Below are positions 49,890 to 62,000 of a DNA stretch of 64,000 nt, piece by piece (position 1 is the first letter of the stretch; each line of letters starts with the position of its first letter). The translations under genes and the position numbers were made by a program. The DNA is taken from assembly GCA_964016885.1 (NCBI GenBank), contig OZ024761.1, forward strand, positions 23,684,001 through 23,748,000, given 5' to 3'. Source of the stretch: Eledone cirrhosa (taxonomy: Eukaryota). Below the pieces are notes generated by a model. That model was not told where the DNA came from, ran no database searches, and saw only the letters and a program-made list of their open reading frames with translations.

Positions 49890-50630
49890 TGATATGTAAG
49901 TAAACCCTATATACATCTACGTGTGTCTGCTATACACACGTATGTATATATAGATAATCATTCCCAATAGGTGATGTGTAAGTAAACCCTATATACATTT
50001 ACGTGTGTCTACTATACACACGGATGTATATATAGATAATCATTCCCAATAGGTGATGTGTAAGTAAACCCTATATACATTTACGTGTGTCCACTATACA
50101 CACGGAGGTGATATGTAAGTAAACCCTATATACACGGATGTATATATAGATAATTATTCCTAATAGGTGATGTGTAAGTAAACCCTATATACAGATAATT
50201 ATTCCTAATAGGTGATATGTAAGTAAACCCTATATACACGGATGTATATATAGATAATTATTCTTAATAGGTGATGTGTAAGTAAACCCTATATACAGAT
50301 AATTATTCCTAATAGGTGATATGTAAGTAAACCCTATATACACGGATGTATATATAGATAATTATTCCTAATAGGTGATGTGTAAGTAAACCCTATATAC
50401 AGATAATTATTCCTAATAGGTGATGTGTAAGTAAACCCTATATACAGATAATTATTCCTAATAGGTGATGTGTAAGTAAACCCTATATACAGATAATTAT
50501 TCCTAATAGGTGATGTGTAAGTAAACCCTATATACAGATAATTATTCCTAATAGATAATGTGCAAGTAAACCCTATATACACGGATGTATATATAGATAA
50601 TTATTCCTAATAAGTGATATGTAAGTAAAC
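49890..50630. repeat. 45-bp-core tandem repeat inside the foldback arm (counterpart 61605-62450)
   Basis: GGTGATGTGTAAGTAAACCCTATATACAGATAATTATTCCTAATA units with variable inserts. Confidence 0.9.
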
Positions 50631-53417
50631 TCTTTATACACTGATCATGTGTATATAAATACCTGTTCTCTGTAGAGAAGAAGCAAGCAAGTAAGTAATC
50701 CTTCTCTATACATTACATACACAGTTACTGCTGTTGTATAGAGTACAGCATACATATAGCGTGCCCCTATATACACTGATTATGTGTATACAAACAATTC
50801 TTCTCTATAGAGAAGAAAACACTCATCAAGTAATCTCTCTCTCTCTATATATATATATACACACACACTGTTGGTTTCTAAATAAAGAAACTTCATATGC
50901 ATCTATTTCTACTCGGTAAGTATACACTTGCTAGGTGTATATAAATTAATTCTCTCTCCAGAAGTAATAACAGTATATATACTTCTGCCTAGAGAAGCCA
51001 TCTCTAGATTTATACACACACTTACCATTATAATCCTAGTTTCTCTCCTTTAGAAACTTTATATATACCTACCTTCTCTTCAATACGCCTTATTAAGAAA
51101 CAACTAAACACACATTTAATACGTATACATTCTTTATTTACAGGAACTTGGTTATTCCCACAACATCACTTGAAGGCTGAACATCTATAAAAGGAAATCA
51201 TTTATATACGTTATCAATAAAAAGAATATAAAACTATTCCTATTTTGTGTCTTTTATTACTACAGTGATTGAGGTACTTACGTATCCATGAAGTTTCTAA
51301 AGAAAGAAACCAATAATTCTCTATAGAGAATTAATTATATACAGTTACATCTCCTTTTTCTAAAGGAGGAAACTTGGAATGTATATTATAGGGTCTACTT
51401 ACTCTATAGAGAAAAGTTATTTATATACACGTAATAAGTGTACATAGAGGTTACTTACCTCAGGTAAGGGTTATAAAGCTTTTTACAGTGTGTGTGTATA
51501 TAGAGTTAACCGAAATCATATATATGAAGTTTCTAAATAAAGAAACACACGTTGTATGGAAGCCGTATTGTATATAATAAATACAGAGCTTCTTACAATA
51601 GAGAAATAAACATACTGTTTGTATATAGCGTACTTAGTTGTTTCTAATGGGGATGTTACTATCAAAAGTCTACATGAGGTTTCTAAAGAAGCTCAGAATG
51701 TATGAATAATACTACAACAGAGTTATATGAGGTTCTTTTAAGAAAGAAACTCCTCAGTAAGACGTACCAACAACAACGTAAGTGTATATAAAGTTTCTAA
51801 AGAAAGAAACTGTGTGTATCTAGACAATAACAGTAAGGTATATCGTTATGTCTACGAATGAAACTAGTGTTGTTTATATTGACAAAGAGATGAAGATAGA
51901 GTTATGGATTCTTATTTTATACACATATGTATAGCATAATGTAAATAGACACACATGCTGTATTCTATAGGGTACAACTTATTTTTAATAAATATATATC
52001 TAGGCATGTATGCCTACAGTAGCTGTTTCTCTAGATTACTGTGTACATGTATACAAAAGGGAATACGACTTCTTTCTAATGGGTATGTAGCTAAACAATA
52101 ACACTGTATAGAGGGGCTTTATGTATATAATATAGTAGTTTTGTAAGAGGATCAGGTAGATGTATGTTTACATATATATATACAGAACACAATAATAAAC
52201 AACAAAGAAAAAGTTTGGTTTATTCGTTTATTTAGGTTTCCTCTTCAAAAAGAGATGTACAGGGTGGTCCGATAAGTCTTGTCACATATTGTTTTAATAA
52301 TATAATCTTCTGGGGGGTGTATGGACACATGATCGTGTGTATTCTGGTAAGAGGATCTCCTACACGACTTCACTGCGATGGCAACGTAAACCTTTTTTTC
52401 ATTATTTTTGGTAGGCAGTGACAAGACTTTCGGACCAGCCTGTAGTTGATTGTTAGTAATATAAATTAGATTTAGTTTCGTATCTAGTGAACGGTGTTTA
52501 TACATAGATAATATAGCTATCAAGTGGGTGAGGGTGCTAAATGTAGTAAGGAGTTTAGAGAGCTACCATGTTTCATTAGATGTAAAATATAGCCGTATGG
52601 TTTATTTTCTCAATGGAAGAGAGGTGTATATATAAATTTAACTGTATCCCTCCACTGTTGAGAGGGCTTCGTTAGATAATAAAATGTAGCTCTGGTAATA
52701 TGTATATAGTCTCAGAGAGGTTTATATATTAATGTAACTTTATTCTGCCAGTATATAAGAAAAAATGTAGTTCATGTGTACATGAAAGATAGTAGAACAT
52801 TTATCGGCGAATGTTTAAATTGAATTTACGGCCTTATTCAAAGAGTTTATATATTTACAATGTAGGTTTGTGTGTGTTTCCAAAAAGTGTCTTCTTGTAT
52901 ATAGAAAAACGTATTTTTGTATCTCAATATGTGTGTTAGAATTAGTTTGTGGAAAATAAAGTATTACTTACTTGTTTAGACGGAGGTAAAATCCAAAGCG
53001 ATGTTGTCAATATTCCCAGTGTAACTCGAATGATGTTAACGCTTCAACACACTAACGAGAGATGACAACAAAGAAAGAAGAGTTCCACAAAGGGGAGGTA
53101 ATTCAATCAAAGGGCAGATAACTCTAATTGGATTTTTTTAGTAAAAACTCATGCGAGGGGGACGCAGGCCAGCCTGCTAATAGTCCCGGCCGACCCCGCA
53201 ACGATTCGAACTTCAGACGCGATAGAGTGGTCATGCCATACATAAGTACGACAGCGAAGCCAGAAACGCTACGTGCAGCGCCACGCACAAGCCGCAATTC
53301 TACTAAGTCAAATAGGCATACTTATAGCTAAAGTTTTCTAAAAAAAAAGACAGCGAGACAACACGAATTATTCCGAGTGTTATGTCGCCGTCTTTCCGTT
53401 TCTATATATAAATATAA

Positions 53418-54585
53418 TGCAGACAGTATTTGATTCCTCTTATGCTCAATCTCTCTCTCAATTCTTTTATGCTTTGCCGTTCGTGTATATTACTATTATG
53501 CAGGCTTCGTTTTTTTCTAATCTACGCAAGTCTTCCGCAGACAGCGCCCAGGTCTCACTACCATGTAACATTGCTGTTCGTATACACGCATCATACAGTC
53601 TGCCTTTCATTTTGAGGGAAAAGCCTTTTGCAGCTAGCAGTGGCAGTAACCCCCTGAACTTCTTACATCCCGTTATTGTACTTTCCGAACACCCACCTCC
53701 GCTGCTAATTCGGTCACCTAGGTAGCAGAAGCTGTCTACTGTTTCTACAGAGCCCTCCCAGAAGAGTTTGGTGGTACCTGTTTGCTGTCCCAGCACAGCT
53801 GCTACATGTGAAGCCTCCTGAGATCCCACTACATCTCCTGTGTACCCATTATTTGCATTTGGGGCTGAGTATGGAGTTTCTACCTACATACTGAGCAAGG
53901 CCATTTCCCCGAGGGGATCTGGGTTCTGTTTTCTCATCTACTTAGAAGACCTTAGTCTTTGTCAGGATGACTTTGAGACCCTTTCTTTGTAGTCCCTGCT
54001 TCCAAGTTTGGAATATCTTCTCTAGTTCTACCATAGACTCAGCTATAAGTGTGAGGTCATCTGCATACAGGAGTTCCCATGGGCATCCGGTCTTAAACTC
54101 CTCCGTTATTGCTTGCAGAACAGGGCCCTGGTGGAGACGGACCTGTACGCTATAGTCATTGCTAATCCTAACTTTGGTGACTGCTCCCCTCTACATGGCT
54201 TTCACAAGCCATTCATCTACTCCTAGTTTTCTAAGAGCCCACCAGATTATAGCATGGGGAACTCTGTCAAAGGCTTTCTCGAGATCGACGAATGCCAGGT
54301 AGAGCGGCTTACTTTTAGCTAGGTACTTTACCTGTAACTGCCTCACAAGGAAGAGGGCATCACATCTAGTTTCACCCGGTCCCTAATCAACTGTGCTATA
54401 ACTCTTTCTGTTAGTTTCATGACCTGATCCATCAGCTTTATACCTCTATCTAGTGCATCACCTTTATCTTTGTAGCAGTTGACAATGATGCTACTGCTCC
54501 AATCCTTTGGTATGACACCTATTATTACCTGGTTAACAATACTTGTGGTTATGGTGTGACCTACCGACCCAGATGCCTTCAGCAT
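53418..54585 (-). mobile_element. Duplicated RTE fragment (copy of 39462-40580)
   Basis: Collinear with 39462-40580, with small indels. Confidence 0.9.
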
Positions 54586-56657
54586 TAAACTCGCTAACAA
54601 AGTCCTATCAGTTGACACAACTGGTGTGCAGCCTATGGTCTGTGTACATGATGACAGGTAACTCATGTTTTCTTTCTTTTTCCCCCCTCAACTGTGTATA
54701 CCCTGTTTAGATTAGAGTAGATACACCTTATCCCTGTGGGTTGTAAGGTGTCAGGAAGAGAATCTGGCCATAAAATAATATATACATACATCATCATCGT
54801 TTAATGTCTATCTTCCATGTTGGCATAAGTTAGATGGGAATTGTCCCACATGAGGTAAGATTGATTGGGTGACTGTATGTGGCTGGTTGTCCTTCCTATT
54901 TCTAACACCAACCACATTTACAGTGTGGACTGGGATCCTTTTCACCGTGTCTCCTACACGATCACTCTAGGGTGTGGACTGGATGTTCTGTGGTACTAAC
55001 ATAACTTTACAGAGAAAGGGGTGGAGTAGGGCATGTATATTTGGTTAAGAGGGGCCTACTGACTGTAGGTTAACTTTGTATGTAGGAAAGGCTACTGCGT
55101 AGCACTAAAGGTCTTGATCCAGTGCCATTGTCTTTGAGAGGCTCGATTTTATCCTGTCGTCCCAGGTTTTTATGCATCTACTTACTCCTATACATATATG
55201 GTGAAAATATTGACTTCGAATATAAGCCGAGCCCCTTTCTACCATTGATGTTTTTTGTTTTTTTTACATCACATATTCCAGTATATGTAATAAATAGAAT
55301 ATTACCTAAAATATCTTGAAACCAAATCTGCGTCTTTGTTACTTTCATTTAATTTTTTCTTTTCTTTTATTTTTATATTTCTCCGCATCATCGTCGGCTG
55401 GTGGTTGTTGAATTACTTCTCCTCCAGACCACTTCACCTGCGACCCGATGATGTTAATGAAGGCAATGATAAGGAGGCTGTACTCAGCAATGCTACAAAA
55501 TCTTTTGAAGATTATTACATAGCCCCACCAGGTGAGAGATTCACCTAACCCTTCTCTTATCAGATTTTTAACCCTTTCATTGCTGTATTTTCTAATGTAA
55601 ACCACTCTATTTCAATTAATTATTGAAGAATTTTGAGATTTATTATTTAAACCGGCCATATCTGGTTCAAACTGGCTGCTCATATTGATGTTTAGGTATT
55701 GTTGTCAAAATAAATAATATGAAAATCTTATAGATTCGATATTATGTGAGGTAAAGCTTTACCATGAAAATACAATAGTATATATAGAATAATGTAAACG
55801 CTAAAGGGTTAATGTTGGTATAAGCGGCTGGTTTCAACAGAAAAAAGTGAGAAAATTCTGGCCAGATACAGCCAGTTTAAATGTTAATGGGTTAACGTGA
55901 TTTCATTTGAGAGTGAGATGCATGTTGTGCTGTGTATGAAAGTGGGTTTCAAAACTTGTTTTTGATATGAAGAAGAGTTGAAAACTCAGCTTCGCAAACG
56001 TAGATTGTTGCATATGGAACAAATAGACCAAGTATTTTCTTAGAACTGCTCAGGAACATTGCAGTTTGTGATGCCCAGAAATTCTCCAATGTCTTTATTT
56101 AGAAAAGCATTTTTGCAGCTTTATCATGTTGTATGCTCTTTCAAAGGATCTTAATAAGGGATGTCCCTTATCCAATGGCTGTAGGCTTCCAAATATTTCT
56201 CAAAGAATTTTGAGAGAGTTACTAAAATTATTCTTTCATTATACTAAGGTAGCAACTTATCATATGATACTTATATAAAATTAGCCATATCAAACGAGAA
56301 TTCTCTCACTTGTTTCTATTCAAACCTGCCACTCACCAACCATCTTGCTCTGGGTCTCCTGTCAGTTGGTTTTACCCATAAAATCTGTCCAGCAATTCTT
56401 TCCTGAGACATTTTAACCACATGCCCATAAATATTGGAGCTGTGATCTCTCAATTCTTAGAAGCTTTACATGGAGTGACTCTCTGATCTCTAAGCTATAC
56501 ACTCTATTGAGTAATGTTAGTTCAAAGACCCTTTGGAGGAACCCCATTTCAGCCATTTCTATTTATTTGTGATCAGATACAGTCATTACCCCAAAAGTTA
56601 TAAATAATGTTTGTTTTTTATTGTCTTGCAGGGAACATACCACTGAAGAGATCTTAA
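54584..56657 (+). pseudogene. GATC: Partial GATC duplicate: exon 2 remnant (54584-54657), exon 3' (55428-55531), exon 4' (56632-56657)
   Basis: Lacks exon 1 and the exon 2 acceptor and 5' half; exons 3' and 4' intact and in phase. Confidence 0.85.
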
Positions 56658-59096
56658 AAGAGAGAGCATGGAATGGAGACATTATTGTATATATGTAAAG
56701 TAAAACAAACAAAATCTTTATTTGTTTAATTTGATATGTTCTTTCTTTGTAATGCTGGTATCGACTTGTTCAGTTTGATACTATTGCGAATTGGTTCTTT
56801 CTGTCCAGGATTAGCATTTAAACCAGCCATGTCAGGTCAGAATTCTCTCACCTCATTCTGTTCAAGCTGGCCGTTCATACTGTCATTGGTATAGTTACCA
56901 AAATAAATAACATCAAAATCTCATAGATTCGATACTGTGTGAGATAAAGCCTTTACCGCAAAAATACAATAGTATATATAGAGTAATGTAAATGCTAAAG
57001 GGTTAACTCTTTTAATATCAACCCATCTAAAACCAGCCATTTTAAAGAGTTCCCATTTAAACTAAAAAATGTGAAGATAATATCCTAAGAGACCCTATCA
57101 CTGTTGAATATCTTTCAACGAAAATGATCATCTTGTTGGTCGCAAAGGAACTGGCCATGTAGAGAGACCCTATCACTATGAAATCCGAAAGGTAGTACAT
57201 GTTATGCATAAATACAAAATAGTAAGTTCCAAACTAATCTTTATTTCTATATCATAATCGGTTATTTCTTCCATGAATATGATCTACAAATGGAACAAAG
57301 AATTCTGTAGAAGTTAATTTGACTAAATTGGCTGTATTTTGAACAAAAATTGGCTGAATTTTCACCAAAATTTGGCTGTATTTTCAGCAAAAATTGACTA
57401 AACTTTGAACAAAAATTGGCTGAATTTTCACAAAAAATTGACAAACTTTTCAATAAAAGTTGGTTGTATTTTCAACAAAAATTGGCTAAATTTTCACCAA
57501 AAATTGGCAAATTTTTCAACAAAAGTTGGCTGTATTTTCAACAAAAATTGGCTAAATTTGCAATAAAAATTGAGTAAATTTTCACCAAAAATTGACTAAA
57601 TTTTCAACAAAAGTTGGCTGAATTTTCAGCAAACATTGACTAAATTTTCACCAAAAATTGACAAACTTTTCAACAAAAGTTGGCTGTATTTTGAACAGAA
57701 ATAGACTAAATTTTGAAGATAAATTGGCTGAATTTTCAGCAAAAATTAGCTAAATTTTCAACAAAAATTGACTAAATTATAAAAAAAATATATATATGCT
57801 CTCAAAGACACAAAAAATAATAAAACGTGAGTTTCCTTCTAAATATTGTTCAGGATATTGTCACAGGTGATAGCGAAACTAAGGACCTTTATAAACATTG
57901 TGTAATACTTTAGTAAGGCAAGTCGTCAACCATGATAGAAACTTTGTTGTTAGTAACCCAGCTACCTCGATGTCTCGAATACAACATAAGTTTTTTAGAT
58001 GTTAGTTTATTTTTACCCTTATCTTTATACGTTACTTATTTAGGGTCTTTGATAACATTTATTTCATCTTTTCTTTATAGTAGGGAGGGGTTAGCTGGAT
58101 CTAGTATCTTTCAGACAGAAATTAATTTCTCGTTGTCTGTCATGACATGTCAGCCTAAACCAAGCAAACCTTTCGTCCATAGATATTCTTCCAACCGTGA
58201 CCATCTCGTGTTACTTAGTATTTCTGACATTGTGTATCGAGAAATATGTCTCTTACATTTTAAGAGAATATAGGGTAGAGTGTAATTTGAGGAAGATATA
58301 GCAGCTATGTTTAGCTGAGATAGGCTACCTTACATAGATCTCACCCCATCTTCAATCTTATTGTCATATCTGTATTTAACAGGCACTAACAAACAAATGT
58401 AAATAAGATTAGGTCAACACATGACCTAGCCATCTCATTCCATTTCTGTACACAATATTCATCATGGGCTCCCTACTCCTTTTACCCAGTCACTTTCATC
58501 CTTCCGCATCACATGACCTAGCCATTTCATGCTAGCGCAGGATGGGCCCAGCCCATGTCTAACTTAATAGCACCACCTGTATATATACATACACACACAG
58601 ACATATATATATTTACACATATGATGGCTGAAAACTCTGCTAAGAGCATTGCTATCGCTTCTCAGATTAGAGTAAATGGTGCACTTTTAGGCTACGGCCA
58701 GTCACACGAGCTTGTAACAGATCCTGAACAAGTAATTCCTGTGCTTTGAAGATTTTTAATCCCACTCTCTGATCATCGAAAACACTACCCGAGGTGTTGC
58801 GACAACAACGGGGGGGGGGGGGCCTATCACTCCCAGGTAAAAAAAGAAGTACTATTTGGGTGGTCGTTGACTCTGCCCTTTGTCGGGTCTTGTATTTATC
58901 CCGCAGGGTGTCCAAATATCACCCTCCTCACTAAGCAAGCTTGGTTCGGTTGCCGGTTTAATTGTCGACGCCCCGACCTTATATACACCTAGATAGATTT
59001 GTATATAATATATATGTTAGCATCTTGAAATAAGTATATTTATTGGCATGTATATATGTAGAAAATACTAGTAGTTCTTCAATGGCTATATATCCT

Positions 59097-62000
59097 ATTA
59101 TATTTATATATAGAAACGGAAAGAAGGCGACATAACACTCGGAATATATCGTGTTGTCTCGCTGTCTTTCCGTTTTTTTTTTTAGAAAAAGAAAGAAAAC
59201 TTTAGCCATAAGTATGCCTATTTGACTTAGTAGAATTGCGGCTTGTGCGTGGCGCTGCACGTAGCGTTTCTGGCTTCGCTGTCGTACTTCGGTATGGCAT
59301 GACCACTCTATCGCGTCTGAAGTTCGAATCGTTGCGGGGTCGGCCGGGACTATTAGCAGGCTGGCTTTATGCTGGCCTGCGTCCCCCTCGCATGAGTTTT
59401 TACTAAAAAACCCAATTAGAGTTATCTGCCCTTTGATTGAATTATCTCCCCCTTGTGGAACTCTTCTTTCTTCGTTGTCATTTCTCTTTAGTGTGTTGAA
59501 GCGTTAACATCATTCGAGTTACACTGGGACTACTGCCAACATCACTTTGGATTTTACCTCCGTCTAAACAAGTAAGTAATATTTTATTTTCCACAAACTA
59601 ATTCTAACACACATATTGAGATACAAAAATACGTTTTTCTATATACAAGAAGACACATTTTCTTTTTGGAAACACACAAACCTACATTGTAAATATATAA
59701 ACTCTTTGAATATGGCCGTAAATTCAATTTAAACATTCGCCGATAAATGTTCTACTATCTTTCATGTACACATGAAACTACATTTTTCCTTATATACTGG
59801 CAGAATAAAGTTACATTGATATATAAACCTTCTCTATGAGACTATATACATATTACCAGAGCTACATTTTATTATCTAACGAACACCTCTCAACACTGTA
59901 TACATTTCTGTTTATAGTGGAGGGATAAAGTTACATTTATATATATAAATGTTGTATAAACCTTCTCTCGTCCATTGAGAAAATAAACCATACGGCTATA
60001 TTTTACATCTAACGAAACATGGTAGCTTCATACCGTGTATGTAGCACTTTAAACTCCTTCTTACCACATTATGTATGTACAAACCTTCTCTCTCAGACTA
60101 TATACATACTACCAGAGCTACATTTATACTTCTCTTGAGAAAATAAACCATAAGGCTATATTTTATTATTTAACGAAACATGGTAGCTTCACATCTCTAA
60201 ACTCCTTACTACATATAAACACTCTTCACTAGATACGAAACTAAACTCCGTACTACATTTAGCACCCTCACCTACTTGATCGCTATACTATCTATGTGTA
60301 AACACTCTTCACTAGATACGAAACTAAACCTATTTTATATTACTAACAATCAACTACAGGCTGGTCCGAAAGTCTTGTCACTGCCTACCAAAAAGTAATA
60401 AGAAACGGTTTACGTTGCCATCGCAGTGAAGTCATGTGAGAGATCCTCTTACCAGAATACACACGATCATGTGTCCATACACCCCCAGAAGATTATATTA
60501 TTAAAACAATATGTGACAAGACTTATCGGACCACCCTGTACATCTCTTTTTGAAGAGGAAACCTAAATAAACGAATAAACCAAACTTTTTCTTTGTTGTT
60601 TATTATTGTGTTCCGTATATATGTAAACATACATCTACCTGACCCTCTTAGAAACTACTATATTATATACATAAAGCTCCTCTATACAGTGTTATTGTTT
60701 AGCTACAGGCCCATTAGAATAGAGCATCTAAACCCACGTTATTTGTGTCCGAGGTTAACTTTGCCTTTCATCCTTACGGGGTCGATAAAATAAAGTACCA
60801 GTAATGTACTGGGTAATTTCTGGCCTTGCGCCAATAGTAGAAACAATTATTTGTGTCTGTTTATATTATGCTATACTTCCACTTGTATCAGATTCCCATA
60901 ACACAACTATATCATATAGATGTTATTTCTACTTAAGAACTCTATATTCTTGATCAAAATAAACAACACTAGTTTCATTCGTAGACATATATACACACAC
61001 ACTTGTCTATAGGAAGTTGTATTCTATATTTACAATGTCCGACAGAAAATAAACCCACATCATGTGTGTACAAGTTAAGAAACTGTATTCTAATTTATGT
61101 TCTTCTGAAAACATAATTTTAGTAATACAACTATATCAGATAGAAGCTATTTCTTTCTTATGAAACTCAATATACACACTCTTGGTGCCTTACAGGCTCC
61201 TGATTTCTTTAATAAAGAAAACACAAGCTTTATTAATAGACATATACCTAGCTTACTAGTATAAATAACTGTTATTGTCTAGTTAGAATTAAGCCCAATC
61301 TCTATTTACATTCTGAGTTTCTTTCTTTAGAAACCTCGTGTAATATACGTTACTACTACTATCCTATAGTAAACTCTGTTGTAGTAGTAGTACTCATACA
61401 TTGAGTTTCTTTAGAAACCTCGTGTATAGAACACTGGAAGTAATCAGACAATACGCATATAACAAGTAAACATTTTGTTACTATATATACACACACATTA
61501 TTAGTGCTTATCTATACCTGTAAGTAAACTCTGTATTATATAGAACACATGTGTCTCTCTATATAGACATATTGTTAGTTTCTTTCTTTAGAAACTTCAT
61601 ATATTTCTGATATGTAAGTAAACCCTATATACATCTACGTGTGTCTGCTATACACACGTATGTATATATAGATAATTATTCGTAATAGGTGATGTGTAAG
61701 TAGACCCTATATAATCATTCGTGATATGTAAGTCAACCCTATATACATTTACGTGTGTCTACTATACACACGGATGTATATAATCATTCCTAATAGGTGA
61801 TGTGCAAGTAAACCCTATATACACATGGATGTATATATAGATAATTATTCCTAATGGGTGATATGTCAGTAAACCCTATATACATTTACGTGTGTCTGCT
61901 ATACACACGGATGTATATATAGATAATGTGTAAGTAGACCCTATATACATTTACGTGTGTCTGCTATACACACGGAGGTGATATGTAAGTAAACCCTATA

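Larger units (their letters stand above)
47499..53418. mobile_element. ~6-kb ORF-less foldback (long inverted repeat) element
   Basis: 47499-~49080 is the reverse complement of ~52070-53418; degenerate symmetry continues inward to a centre at ~51090-51290. Confidence 0.8.

Noticed and set aside
54343-54666. 107-aa chimeric ORF across the RTE/GATC fusion
   Set aside because: Antisense GATC sequence fused to a deleted RT fragment; no sign of function
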